DNA from: Alkalispirochaeta sp.
Lineage (GTDB): Bacteria; Spirochaetota; Spirochaetia; DSM-27196; Alkalispirochaetaceae
Length of the DNA stretch: 64,000 nt
Direction: 5' to 3'
NCBI GenBank assembly: GCA_965601925.1
Contig: OZ271854.1
Span: 3,840,001-3,904,000 of the forward strand
The position numbers were made by a program, and so were the translations under genes. The notes under the pieces were generated by a model. The model was not told where the DNA came from, ran no database searches, and worked only from the letters and a program-made list of their open reading frames with translations. Below, one piece after another: positions 38,077-48,261 of the stretch (positions are counted from its first letter, which is position 1; the number at the start of each line of letters is the position of its first letter).

Positions 38077-38427
38077 CTACGAATCGGTGTTCGCCTTGTC
38101 CGGCTCTGCGTCGCGCGATTTTCCATCTCCCGTGCCCCGACGTTTGCGCTTCAGGAGCGGCTTTTTGCTGCGCGGCCGTTTCTTGGCAGCGTTTTTCGCG
38201 GCGCGTTTCTCGGACTGGACGCGCGTTTTTCGGGAAGACGCTCGAACCGCGATCGGCAACGCCACGGCAACGCCGATGAAAAACGACACGAAGAGGCTCA
38301 TGAATATCGGAACACTCTCGATGGTGGCGAAGCCGAACGATATGTCGGTAGTGTTGCCGATATTAAGCCACACAAAGGCGAGAACGAGACCCAATAAAAC
38401 CAGATAGAATACCAACTTCCAAGGCAT
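38077..38427 (-). CDS. LapA/DUF1049-like small membrane protein
   Basis: Two TMs with N..DISFGF..VPIF between them; basic tail; GAGGG RBS. Confidence 0.7.
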   Translation of the reverse strand: MPWKLVFYLVLLGLVLAFVWLNIGNTTDISFGFATIESVPIFMSLFVSFFIGVAVALPIAVRASSRKTRVQSEKRAAKNAAKKRPRSKKPLLKRKRRGTGDGKSRDAEPDKANTDS

Positions 38428-38441
38428 ACGCGTTCCCTCTA

Positions 38442-39683
38442 TTAATGTCGAAAGCTTCGCTGGCCGGTAAAGACCATTGTCGCGTCGTATTCGTTCACGG
38501 CCTGTATCACCTCTCCGTCGCGGAGCGCACCGCCGGGCTGCACTATGGCGCCGACGCCTTCCTTCAACCCCACTTCCGCGCCGTCGCGAAACGGGAAAAA
38601 GGCGTCCGACACCATCGTAGCACCAACGAGCCCCCCCCGCTCTCGTTCCGCGGTGGCGTAATAGCGACGCTGTTCTTCGGCGTCGGTTATCTCCTCGATG
38701 CCGCGGCCCGTTTCCTCGTAGGCGATGACGTCGGCGAGCCGCCGATACGCCTTATCGCGGGCTATGCGCGCCACACCGACGCGATCCTGCTCTCCCGTCC
38801 CGATCGCGACGGTACAGCGATCCTTGACGTATATGACCGAGTTACTGGTGACGCCGCTCTCGACAAACCACCCGAAACGCATGTCGCGCTCTTCGGCCTG
38901 TGTAGGGGGTCGCTGTACCGTGATCGGCTCGCCGTCCAAGGTTCCCACCGCCGGATCGAACCCGTGCATGTCGAGATCAATCGGCGTAAAAGACCATTGA
39001 AGGGCCAGTCCGCCGTCCATCAAGCTTTTTATGTCGACAAATCTCGTTCCTACGTAGCTCGCGAGTCGCTCCATATCGGCGATGCGCAGGACGCGCAGAT
39101 TCTTTTTCTTGGCAAAGATCGCAAGCGCGGCGGTCGAGTACTCCGGCGCGACCACCACCTCGGCGTAGTACGCTGCGATGCGTTCGGCCGTCTCGCGATC
39201 GACCTCACGATTGAGGGCGATCGCGCCGCCGAACGCCGCAATGCGGTCGGCCATGAGTGCGCGGTGGTACGCCTCCGGGAGCGAGTCCCCCAAGGCGACG
39301 CCCGACGGGTTGTTGTGCTTCACGATGACGCACGCCGCCTCGTTGTGAAAATACCGCAGTATACCCAGTGCGGCGTCGGCGTCGGTAATATTAATCTTAC
39401 CGGGATGCTTGCCGCTTTGGACGAGCTCGGCGGCCGTGGCGAGTCCGCGTCCCGGCGCGATCTGTTCAACCGCTCCCAACACGAGGTTTCCGTTGACCAA
39501 TCGATACAACGCCGCGGGCTGATCGGGATTCTCCCCGTACCGCAAGCCGCGTCGTTCTCCGTCGATTGCCCACGATACTTTCTCATACTGAAGGATTTGG
39601 CGGTCCGATCCCGAGCCGAACGAGATCGTCATCTCGGCCGGAAAGTCGTCGTGCGTCATGGTTGAGTACATACTGCGACTCAC
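38442..39683 (-). CDS. purH: AICAR transformylase (stand-alone C-terminal half of PurH)
   Basis: LRYGENP, KHNNPSG, AFGG, SDAFFPFRD, QPGG, FTGQRSFRH; GAGGAG RBS. Confidence 0.9.
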   Translation of the reverse strand: MSRSMYSTMTHDDFPAEMTISFGSGSDRQILQYEKVSWAIDGERRGLRYGENPDQPAALYRLVNGNLVLGAVEQIAPGRGLATAAELVQSGKHPGKINITDADAALGILRYFHNEAACVIVKHNNPSGVALGDSLPEAYHRALMADRIAAFGGAIALNREVDRETAERIAAYYAEVVVAPEYSTAALAIFAKKKNLRVLRIADMERLASYVGTRFVDIKSLMDGGLALQWSFTPIDLDMHGFDPAVGTLDGEPITVQRPPTQAEERDMRFGWFVESGVTSNSVIYVKDRCTVAIGTGEQDRVGVARIARDKAYRRLADVIAYEETGRGIEEITDAEEQRRYYATAERERGGLVGATMVSDAFFPFRDGAEVGLKEGVGAIVQPGGALRDGEVIQAVNEYDATMVFTGQRSFRH

Positions 39684-40378
39684 GGCCGGCGCTCCTCAAC
39701 GTCGTAGATGCTTCCCCAGTCGGTGCGCGCCACGCGGTCGGCGAGAGCCTCGACGATTACCGACTCATACCGCGCCGTGTAACGGAACGCACGGAGTGCG
39801 TGGCGCGCCCTCCACCCGATCGTCGTCGCGCCGTTTTGCGCGCGGATTTCCTCCAGAAAGCTCCCGTAGTCTTGCGGGTCACATAGGGCCGCGACGCGCA
39901 GAAAGTTTTTTGCCGACGCTCTGAGCATCGTCGGGCCTCCGATATCGATGTGCGTGCGCAGATCTTCGACGGTCGTCTTTTCCTCATCCGCCGTGCGCTC
40001 GAAAGGATAAAAGTTACAGATCGTCGCGTCGAACGGAACCGCCCCGATACGCGCTATATCGCGTTCATGGGCGGGATTGAACGTCTCCGTCAAGAGTCCG
40101 ACATAAATGCGATAATCCAACGTCTTGACCAATCCGCCCTGCATCTCCGGTTGCCCGGTATAATCCGCGATGCGATGGAGCCGCGTCGCCCGCCCGAGCG
40201 CCTCTGCGACTGCGGCGATCGCGTCGTAGGTGCCTCCGGTCGAATAGACGTCCAGATTCGGTATGATCTCCCATGCGCCGCGCATCAGGTCGTCGAGACC
40301 CGTCTTGTCGGCGACGCTCACTAAGGCTCGCCGTACCGGTACCGCGTCGTTAATGCGGCGGACGCGGTTCAGTTTCAC
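39680..40378 (-). CDS. IMP cyclohydrolase (stand-alone N-terminal MGS-like half of PurH)
   Basis: GTG at 40378 overlaps the folD stop; RALVSVADKTG, STGGT, GGLVKTL, NFYPF, IDIGGPTMLRASAKN. Confidence 0.9.
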   Translation of the reverse strand: MKLNRVRRINDAVPVRRALVSVADKTGLDDLMRGAWEIIPNLDVYSTGGTYDAIAAVAEALGRATRLHRIADYTGQPEMQGGLVKTLDYRIYVGLLTETFNPAHERDIARIGAVPFDATICNFYPFERTADEEKTTVEDLRTHIDIGGPTMLRASAKNFLRVAALCDPQDYGSFLEEIRAQNGATTIGWRARHALRAFRYTARYESVIVEALADRVARTDWGSIYDVEERRP

Positions 40379-41259
40379 CGTTCTCGCTCCTTGTGGCGTA
40401 ACTCGGCGGCGGTCACGGTGTTGAAGAGCAACATCGTCCGCGTCATGGGGCCGACGCCGCCGGGAACGGGTGTAATGGCCGAGACCGTATCGACGAGCGC
40501 TTCGAAATCGACGTCTCCGACGAGTCGATATCCCCGCTTGCGACTCGCGTCCTCCACCCGATTGACGCCGACGTCTATCACGACCGCGCCCGGTTTCACC
40601 ATGTCCGCGGTAACGAAGTGAGGAGAGCCGATCGCGGCGATGAGAATATCGGCGGATCGCGTGACGGCGGCAATGTCGGGAGTGCGCGAGTGACAGACGG
40701 TGACCGTCGCGTTGCCGCCGAGCGCCTTGCGCGCCAAGAGGGACGCTAACGGTTTTCCGACGATGTTGCTCCTTCCGATAACGACGGCGTGTTTTCCCGC
40801 CGGATCGTATCCGCTTCGTAGGAGCATCTGGATAACACCGTGAGGCGTGCACGGGAGAAGCGAGGGCAACCCGAGCACCATACGCCCCAATGAGAGGGGA
40901 TGAAACCCGTCGACGTCCTTCGAGGGATCGATCGCCTCGAGGATGCGGTCGCTTTCGATATGGTGTGGCAGGGGAAGCTGGACGAGTATCCCGTCGACCG
41001 CGGAGTCCCGGTTGAGCGTTTCCACCAACTCGAGAAGCGCGCGCTCGGAGATACTCTCCGGGAGGCGATGGTCGAAACTGACAATACCGACCCTCTCGCA
41101 ATCCGCCTCCTTGGCCGTTACGTACGAAACGCTTGCCGGATCGTTCCCCACCAGCACCACGGCAAGTCCGGGGCTGCGGGGTAATACGGCGATCCGCTCT
41201 ACGATCTCCCGTTGTATTTGAGCCGCAATTTCGTTGCCGTCGATACGCTGAGCAGACAT
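40375..41259 (-). CDS. folD: Methylenetetrahydrofolate dehydrogenase/cyclohydrolase
   Basis: ATG 41259 (MSAQRIDG); GILVQLPLP, KDVDGFH, PCTP, GRSNIVGKP, TPVPGGVGPMT. Confidence 0.98.
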   Translation of the reverse strand: MSAQRIDGNEIAAQIQREIVERIAVLPRSPGLAVVLVGNDPASVSYVTAKEADCERVGIVSFDHRLPESISERALLELVETLNRDSAVDGILVQLPLPHHIESDRILEAIDPSKDVDGFHPLSLGRMVLGLPSLLPCTPHGVIQMLLRSGYDPAGKHAVVIGRSNIVGKPLASLLARKALGGNATVTVCHSRTPDIAAVTRSADILIAAIGSPHFVTADMVKPGAVVIDVGVNRVEDASRKRGYRLVGDVDFEALVDTVSAITPVPGGVGPMTRTMLLFNTVTAAELRHKERER

Positions 41260-41291
41260 AACTCGGCCAGTGTAACGTGAATGGCTGCGTG

Positions 41292-41320
41292 TTGTCAGTG
41301 CATAGGGCGCGTGATAGTAT
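41292..41320 (+). promoter_or_regulatory. Putative sigma70 promoter for the OMP-lipoprotein pair
   Basis: TTGTCA-17 nt-TAGTAT upstream of an AGGAG RBS. Confidence 0.4.
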
Positions 41321-41342
41321 TGCGCCGCAAGGAGAGCTTTGA

Positions 41343-41981
41343 TTGTCACATGTAGCACAGCCGGTAAAACGAATAGCGCTCTTCGTTGTCGTTTTGCTTA
41401 TCATACACCTCGGCGCGGCCGCGGTCGGAGCCCAAGAGTCGGGAGAACCGAGTCCGGAAGAGGATTTCGTCCCGACCTATAGTTTGGGCGATCAGTTGAT
41501 TACGTTAGATGTCGGTATGATGTTCCCGCTCTTCTACACCGGCGGGCCCGACGGATTCCAGGACGCAAACCTCAGCTTGGGCGGCACGGGCCATCTCGCG
41601 TGGAACGCCTTTTTGAACAACAATCTGACGGTGGGCGGAGAGTTCGGCGGTATGTTCGCCTTTACGCCCAATCGCAACACCTTGTTCATGGTGCCCCTCG
41701 CGGCGCGCGTGAGCTATTTCTTGCGGGCATATCCGTTTGAGTTTCCTCTCTCGCTGTCGGCGGGTATCAACTTCAGCCGCTTTGAGGAGAGTTTCAAGGT
41801 AGACCCGCTCGTGATACCGGGCGTTGGATTCTATTGGAACTACAATGTCGAATGGGCGTTCGGTCTCAATGTCCGGTACTGGTGGGTACCGCAGATCTAC
41901 CAGGGACCCGAACCGCCCTCGGATGATACGCGCTTCGGTAACTTTCTTGCGACGACGTTATCCGTCATGTATCGGTTTTAG
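41343..41981 (+). CDS. Small outer-membrane beta-barrel (TP0733/BB0027-like)
   Basis: Signal peptide; GDQ motif; alternating aromatic strands; WWVPQ; C-terminal YRF; divergent from folD. Confidence 0.75.
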   Translation: MSHVAQPVKRIALFVVVLLIIHLGAAAVGAQESGEPSPEEDFVPTYSLGDQLITLDVGMMFPLFYTGGPDGFQDANLSLGGTGHLAWNAFLNNNLTVGGEFGGMFAFTPNRNTLFMVPLAARVSYFLRAYPFEFPLSLSAGINFSRFEESFKVDPLVIPGVGFYWNYNVEWAFGLNVRYWWVPQIYQGPEPPSDDTRFGNFLATTLSVMYRF

Positions 41982-41993
41982 GAGTAATACGCA

Positions 41994-43205
41994 ATGACGG
42001 TACACCATATGCACGACACGTCGGCATCGAAACCACGCCGACGCAATCGACGTTTGATGCTCTTTTCGGTTGTGCTCCTCATCGTTCTCGCCGCGTGTAC
42101 CCGGGGTACACAGGGCATCTTCGCGACGATCGAGCAGGAGGAGGAGACCGCCACCAGCAATTTGGTCGACGATGCGACGATTGTCGCCCTGGTGCGGGCG
42201 GAAGTCGGGACCGAGACGCGATTCGTTGCAATAGCCGAAACCGAGGTCTACTCTCGATTGGAGACGAGTAGCGACTGGTCCGAGATTAGCGCACCCAGTG
42301 GGCGCCTCGCGCAGTTCTTGAGCGGGATCGATTCCGATAGCGACGGGACGGTCGATGAGGTATACGCCGTATTTCAAAACGTCGACAGCAGCGATACCGA
42401 TCTCTTTGCGCTGCAAAGCGATCGCTCGTGGAGCGAGGTCGATTTAAGCGGGAGCGGAGTGGCCGACGGCGATATGATTACCGGTCTCTTTTCCGTGGGC
42501 GACGAGCTTCTGATGTCGGTGCGGGACGCAGGCTACTCGAGCGGTGAAATCCCGATCTTGCGGTTGCAGTCCGGACCGACATTGGTGAACACCATCACCG
42601 GGTTCAACGACGATATACGGGACGGTATCGTTAGCGACGCCGACGACCTCTATATCGTCGGACGCAGTAACTTGGTCGCCAAGGTAGACGCCGCGACACC
42701 TACCGTCGCAGATGCGTTAACGGGTAGTTCCCCCGGCATAAAGAATGCAGCGGGAGTCGGATATCGTTCCATCGCCGACGGCGGGCCGCTCATCGCCGTC
42801 GTCGACACCGACGCCAACGTCTATCTTTCGGACGGCACGAACTGGCAGACGATTTCCAGCGGTTTGGATCGTTCCTTTTCGGATATTGAATGGGTTCCCG
42901 AGATCGGTACCGACGGCGCCTTCGTCGTGGGAACGTGGAGTGGACCGGCAGAGGACACCAATCGCGACGGATACTACCACGCCTTGATTACCGCGGGCTC
43001 AAGTGTAGCTGCCGAAGACTATGCGTTTTCATTTGCGGACGATCTCGGGAGTAACTACAACGGGAGCACCCTCTCCATCTCGGGGGTGAATCAGTTCCGC
43101 TATTTCGACAACGGTCTTCTGTTCGTCCTCACCTTCGGGCGCGGATTGTGGCGCACAACGTACGTAGATGGCGCCTCGGACCCGGGAGACTTTACGTGGG
43201 AGTGA
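41994..43205 (+). CDS. Beta-rich lipoprotein (possible beta-propeller, BamB/BB0028-like)
   Basis: AGGAG RBS; lipobox LAAC; GIFATIEQE; repeated Trp-ending strands; GRGLW near the C-terminus. Confidence 0.7.
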   Translation: MTVHHMHDTSASKPRRRNRRLMLFSVVLLIVLAACTRGTQGIFATIEQEEETATSNLVDDATIVALVRAEVGTETRFVAIAETEVYSRLETSSDWSEISAPSGRLAQFLSGIDSDSDGTVDEVYAVFQNVDSSDTDLFALQSDRSWSEVDLSGSGVADGDMITGLFSVGDELLMSVRDAGYSSGEIPILRLQSGPTLVNTITGFNDDIRDGIVSDADDLYIVGRSNLVAKVDAATPTVADALTGSSPGIKNAAGVGYRSIADGGPLIAVVDTDANVYLSDGTNWQTISSGLDRSFSDIEWVPEIGTDGAFVVGTWSGPAEDTNRDGYYHALITAGSSVAAEDYAFSFADDLGSNYNGSTLSISGVNQFRYFDNGLLFVLTFGRGLWRTTYVDGASDPGDFTWE

Positions 43206-43215
43206 TAGGCATCGG

Positions 43216-46200
43216 CTACCGATTCCACCACGAGCCGCCGAACTGCCTGAGGACGGCGGGAATGTCCTCGCGATTCGGTACATCGTAGACCGGACTCCCG
43301 TCGTATCGGACGATTCGGTTTTCTTCGCCCATCGGCGAGGCGTTGAGACGTGGGAGCGAGAACCGGTTGGCGTCGCGCCAACTGTCGGAGCTACTCGTCT
43401 CGACGATGGCGGACCAGCCGTCCACGGCCGCCCTCGTAATCGACAACTCCGAGTCGGGTCCGATACTCAACGAGGCGGTATCGCCGCCGTGCAGGCCCGG
43501 GCGTGAAAACAGTACATCGCGGAGTATTAAGCTACCGGCTCGACCGTCGAGGTCGGCCACCTTACCCGATACAACCCCGGCGTCGTCGACATGAAACACC
43601 GAATGATCGGCGACAAAGCTACTCCCACTTCCAACGAGTGCCAAAGCGTCGGCGGTCGATCGGACCGCGACTACACTTCCTTCAAGTGCAATCCGAGCGC
43701 CCTCGCGGGCGACGATGCCGTACCCCGCTCCTCCCGAGTCGGAGACGACGATGCTGTCTCGTATCGATACATTACCCCCGCGCATGCGCATGCCGAGTGC
43801 CGATTCGGTTCCACCGATGAACAGAGCCGAGCGATCGAGGGTGATTTGGCTCTCGGTAGCGCGTATCGCAACGGCGTGGGGAGTGTGCATCTCCCCCGTT
43901 ATACCGGCGGAAACGACGCTGTCCTCGACAACGAGCGTGCTCGCGGTGAGGCGAATCGAGCCATGCAGCGGACTCGCTCCGTGACCGTCGAGGCTTACAT
44001 CGGATAAGGATATCGAGGCGTCGGTAGACGCGACGATCGTCCCGAGTCTCCCCCCGGATACCGATAGTACGCCCCCGGAGACGTCGATGCGGTCGACATC
44101 TGAATCCTCGACCATCGCCGTTGCATCGGACGCAATGATGAGTCCGCCTCCCCCGGCAATGAGCGATTCTCTGACGACAATTCGTCCGGCGTTGTGGCGA
44201 AACTCGCGTTCGGTCCGCGGCGTGCCGATCGTCGCGCGGAGGAGCCTGACTTCTCCTGCGGCCGGTGAAGTATCTTCGTTCGGCGCGGCGTCGATTTCGC
44301 TCGTAACCGTTGCATCGACGATGAGATCGTGCAGACTCACCCCCGGAACGAGGACTATGGCCTCCCCATTATCGGTTGCGATAATCGTCGGACCGCCTCC
44401 CGGGGCCCACGTTCCATCTTCCGCGCCGCCGATAAGCGTGATATCGTGACCGCCCTCCCGGACGGTCCGTGCCAAAGCGCGCGGGGTGAGTCGGTAACGC
44501 CCACCGCCCAGCAATATCGTTTGCCGGCGGCCGGTAACGATCATCTCCAGCGCCGCATTCAAGTCGTCGAGCGGATCGTCTCGCGTCCCCTCGGCCCCGG
44601 GGCGACCGTCCCGCGCAACGTATACGATGCTTCGATCGATAACCGTCGACCAACGACGAATCTCCTGACTCCGATTCCCCGCCCTGTCGATGCTGTACGC
44701 CTCGATGGTGTACCGAGCGAATGAACCGGGAGGCGCAGAAAGCTCTATGCGCTCGCCGCGATATTCGGTAAAGGTCGTTGCATCGTGTGCGGCTTCGACG
44801 CCCTCGCGGTCCTCTAACCGCACGCGATACATGACGGAGTCACCGTCGCCTGCAACTAGACGCGCCTCACGAGGTCCCGGATAGTACGCGCTGTCGTCGA
44901 TTCCCGCTATGTCCGGTAACGACGGTGGACGGCGGTCCACCGTAAAACGAATGTGCCGCTCTCCGTGGAGCACTCCGTCGGAATCGACGGTGCGTGCTCG
45001 GATGTGATAGGTCACCTCCTCGCCCGCCGCCGCATCGAGAACAAGCGGAGACTCGTAGCGCGCCGAGAGGGGGTGAACGATCGGTGCTTCGTTACCATCG
45101 GTGGAGAGCGTATAACGCACAGCCGTAGCGCTTTCCATGGTAAGGACTTGTCCCTCACGATAGACTCCACCGTCCTCGGCGCCGACAAAGCGTGGGGCCG
45201 CCAGACGGTCCGATGCAGCTATCGTAAGCGACCTGAGCTCGCTACGATTACCGGCGTCGTCTACCGAAAAGTAGTTGAAGGTAATCGTCTCGCGCCCTTC
45301 GGCCAACTCCCAGGAGAGAGCGCCGTCCACGGGGGCGAAGTACTCCGGAGACGTTGTGCCGGCGGTGGAGACGAAGAGCGTTGCGGTGCCCGTTCCCGGC
45401 CACGTGACGGTGCCGCTCCGGCCGTCGGGAGCGCGGACTACGAACGGCGCTTCGGGAGGAAGGGGCGGTCGCGAGTCCATCACGACGTCGAGCCTGCGTA
45501 CGGCGCTCCTGCGTCCCGCGGAGTCTTCGAGAAATGTCTCGACGACATAGAGCTCTTCTCGCCCGTCCGATGCGACCTCGAGAATGCGGTCGGCGCCCTC
45601 AAAGCGCTCAAAATCGGGGGCGGCGTTTCCCGGCGTTATCGCGGTCGAACGGAGGGTCTCCTCCGGTGAGTAGATGCGCCACCATATGACCGGCGCGCCC
45701 CCGGTTGCGTCGACCGTCGGTGGTGCGGCAGGAGAGATAAGTGCCTCGCGAGCCGAATCGATGCGCCGCGTAGTGACGGGACGACCGTTCATCATGAGCG
45801 CAGGCGGATCCGGACGCTCCGTATGCACGGCAATCCGGACCGGATTCTCCATAAAACGTCTGTTTCCCGCTCGATCCTCGCTATATGCCTCTATTACAAT
45901 CGCGTCGAGCCCCGATCCCGAGAGGTCGAAACTCACCGGACTGATGTACCGTCGATACTCAGCGGAAGAATCCGCCCGAAACCATATCGCCGTTAACGGA
46001 TCGGACGGCTCCTCGAACGCGATGAGCACCGGGCCCGTCGCTATCTCCGGGACGGTCGAGCGTTCAAGTACCGGCGGCTCGGGCGGCACACGATCCACCC
46101 GAACCGTAAAACGTCGGAGCACACTCCAGCGAGTCCCGGACCGAAAGCGAGCTCGAGCCGCGATTGCGTATTCCCGAGCCTCGCCAGCCGGTGTCGTAAG

Positions 46201-48261
46201 AACGATCGCGTCCGATGTACTCGGACTCTCGTCTCTCGGTATCGTCGCGCTTCCGGACGTCGATATCTCGTAGTGAATGAGAAGATCTGCATGAGGATTG
46301 GCGAAACGGAGAACGACGCGTTCATCGTTGAAGGGCGTCACCGGTATGTCCGTTTCCAGCGACGGAAGAAACAACTCGCGTCTATCGACGGTTATCGTCT
46401 GCTCGACCGTCGGACTCACGCGTCCCGCCGCCGTTTGGTACGCCTCCAACCGATATTGGAGTGCAACGCCGTCCCGTGCGCCGAGTACAATCGCCTCCCG
46501 GTACCGCGTAAGGGCGCCGCCGTTTATTCGATAGTAACGCTCGCCGCCGCCGTCGAGTACCACCCGCGCATCGTCGACTACAATCGTCGGCGGCGCCGGC
46601 GGAGCGGCGTCGACTTCGATCGCCTCGCCGCGTCGGACCGTTTCGGTGCCTCGATTTGCATGCACCGTGGGGACGAGGCGGTCGAGATACCCGTGCGGAA
46701 GGTACCACCGCACGCTCGATCGTACGGCGGCGCGAAAGATGACCGAGGACGGTTCGTCGACGAACGTCGAGCGTTCCCCATCAAGCTCGATATCTTCGCT
46801 CACCACCATGAGGTGTAGCGTTTCGTACGGTTCGCTATCCGATGCGGACGCGCCATCGTCGGCGAATGTGAACTCAACCGATCCTTGTGCCGCCGCGGCG
46901 ATCGGATCCGGCAGTGGCCGAAAGTCGGGGCGGGTAACCGATACGGTCGATACGGCGCTCCATCCGGAACCCGCAAAGCGAGCCCTTGCTCGTAAGGCCG
47001 TCGTTCCTTCCGGAAGGCCGGTGAGTGTGACGGGTGCATCCCAGACGCGCCACTCGCCGTGTTCGACACCACCCTGCGCGATCGGCCGCCACTCGATCAC
47101 GGTATCGGTCAACGAGAATGCAATGACGCGTTCGCTGTCGATTATGAACTCCGGCGGCGGCGGACGTCGGCCGTCAAGGAGGAACAGATACCGCGATTCA
47201 CCGATCCCGCCGGAGTTGGTGTGGCGAAGCGCCACCGTCCTGAGTGTGTCGGCCTGAATCGGGAGCGCGAGGGGGCGCAAAAACAGTGCATCGGCGCCGG
47301 TGGGAGCGCGGTCCTCCAGCGTGTAGCGTTGTACGCCTTCGGGGTTGTCGATGCGTATCGTCTCGGTAACGCGACCGGATACGGCGGGGGGCTCGGACAA
47401 TACGGTCTGTTCCCAGGTTACCTCTTCGGATACGAGCGAATCGGTCGCCCGGTCACGTGCGGTGATGCGTACCGTATAGCGTCCCGTACCGTCGATGAGG
47501 CGCTCTTCGCGGTAGGGAAAGTGGTCGTCTCGCCCGTCCGGACCGAGGACTCGCACCGAAACATCGTCGATTCCCGTCGTATCGAGATAGAGTAGTTGAC
47601 GATTGGCGAAGACTCCGGGAACCGGACTCACGATGACCGAGGCGGGCCGCGGACGCTCTCCACGTCGATCTATGCGGTAGCGTACGGTTCGGACCGGCCC
47701 GCGATTTCCCGCGCCGTCGACCGCGTAGAGGGCGAGACGATAATCGACGACGGCTCCCGCGTCGCCCTCGAGGCGAACACCGTTTTCGGGAACCGGCGCA
47801 AACGATGCGTCGGTCGAGCCCCGTCCGTTTGCGATGTAATAAAAGAACCGATCCGTACCTTCGTCACGTGCCGGAGCCACGTCGACCGGCGCGGTGTACA
47901 AACCCTGTGCCGGCTCGATATGGACTGCCGACGGCGCCATTTTGTCGATTGTGTAGGCGACGAGTTGGGTCGATTCGGGCCGGTTGCGCCGCCGGACCTC
48001 GAGCGAAAAACGGGCCTCGGCGTCATCCGGGACGCGCAGTAACAACCCGTTGTCGAAAGGCATGAAAAAATCGGTGTGAGGCGTTCCGGCGGGGGTAACG
48101 AAGCGGTACTCCATATCCGCCGCGGCGGCCGAGACGACACGATCGGCGCTATATATCCCGGGCGCCGGCGTCAAGTCCGAAAGCGGCGATGTGTCGAATT
48201 GTGCCCACATCGCGGCCGCTGCGCCGCATAACAACGCGAGGGAAACGAGCCGGCGCTTCAT
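43216..48261 (-). CDS. Large exported protein with Ig/Fn3-like repeats and a C-terminal beta-helix
   Basis: ATG 48261 overlaps the upstream stop (ATGA); signal peptide; repeated DxAGNR and xDxxPPxxP motifs; IVYVARDG..GTRDDP beta-helix cap. Confidence 0.8.
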   Translation of the reverse strand: MKRRLVSLALLCGAAAAMWAQFDTSPLSDLTPAPGIYSADRVVSAAAADMEYRFVTPAGTPHTDFFMPFDNGLLLRVPDDAEARFSLEVRRRNRPESTQLVAYTIDKMAPSAVHIEPAQGLYTAPVDVAPARDEGTDRFFYYIANGRGSTDASFAPVPENGVRLEGDAGAVVDYRLALYAVDGAGNRGPVRTVRYRIDRRGERPRPASVIVSPVPGVFANRQLLYLDTTGIDDVSVRVLGPDGRDDHFPYREERLIDGTGRYTVRITARDRATDSLVSEEVTWEQTVLSEPPAVSGRVTETIRIDNPEGVQRYTLEDRAPTGADALFLRPLALPIQADTLRTVALRHTNSGGIGESRYLFLLDGRRPPPPEFIIDSERVIAFSLTDTVIEWRPIAQGGVEHGEWRVWDAPVTLTGLPEGTTALRARARFAGSGWSAVSTVSVTRPDFRPLPDPIAAAAQGSVEFTFADDGASASDSEPYETLHLMVVSEDIELDGERSTFVDEPSSVIFRAAVRSSVRWYLPHGYLDRLVPTVHANRGTETVRRGEAIEVDAAPPAPPTIVVDDARVVLDGGGERYYRINGGALTRYREAIVLGARDGVALQYRLEAYQTAAGRVSPTVEQTITVDRRELFLPSLETDIPVTPFNDERVVLRFANPHADLLIHYEISTSGSATIPRDESPSTSDAIVLTTPAGEAREYAIAARARFRSGTRWSVLRRFTVRVDRVPPEPPVLERSTVPEIATGPVLIAFEEPSDPLTAIWFRADSSAEYRRYISPVSFDLSGSGLDAIVIEAYSEDRAGNRRFMENPVRIAVHTERPDPPALMMNGRPVTTRRIDSAREALISPAAPPTVDATGGAPVIWWRIYSPEETLRSTAITPGNAAPDFERFEGADRILEVASDGREELYVVETFLEDSAGRRSAVRRLDVVMDSRPPLPPEAPFVVRAPDGRSGTVTWPGTGTATLFVSTAGTTSPEYFAPVDGALSWELAEGRETITFNYFSVDDAGNRSELRSLTIAASDRLAAPRFVGAEDGGVYREGQVLTMESATAVRYTLSTDGNEAPIVHPLSARYESPLVLDAAAGEEVTYHIRARTVDSDGVLHGERHIRFTVDRRPPSLPDIAGIDDSAYYPGPREARLVAGDGDSVMYRVRLEDREGVEAAHDATTFTEYRGERIELSAPPGSFARYTIEAYSIDRAGNRSQEIRRWSTVIDRSIVYVARDGRPGAEGTRDDPLDDLNAALEMIVTGRRQTILLGGGRYRLTPRALARTVREGGHDITLIGGAEDGTWAPGGGPTIIATDNGEAIVLVPGVSLHDLIVDATVTSEIDAAPNEDTSPAAGEVRLLRATIGTPRTEREFRHNAGRIVVRESLIAGGGGLIIASDATAMVEDSDVDRIDVSGGVLSVSGGRLGTIVASTDASISLSDVSLDGHGASPLHGSIRLTASTLVVEDSVVSAGITGEMHTPHAVAIRATESQITLDRSALFIGGTESALGMRMRGGNVSIRDSIVVSDSGGAGYGIVAREGARIALEGSVVAVRSTADALALVGSGSSFVADHSVFHVDDAGVVSGKVADLDGRAGSLILRDVLFSRPGLHGGDTASLSIGPDSELSITRAAVDGWSAIVETSSSDSWRDANRFSLPRLNASPMGEENRIVRYDGSPVYDVPNREDIPAVLRQFGGSWWNR

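Noticed and set aside
39680..41404. 574-aa ORF suggesting a long N-terminally extended or FolD-fused IMP cyclohydrolase
   Set aside because: The first ~340 aa are an Arg-rich alternative frame over folD. The real gene starts at GTG 40378 after an AAGGAG RBS, and I saw no slippery site.
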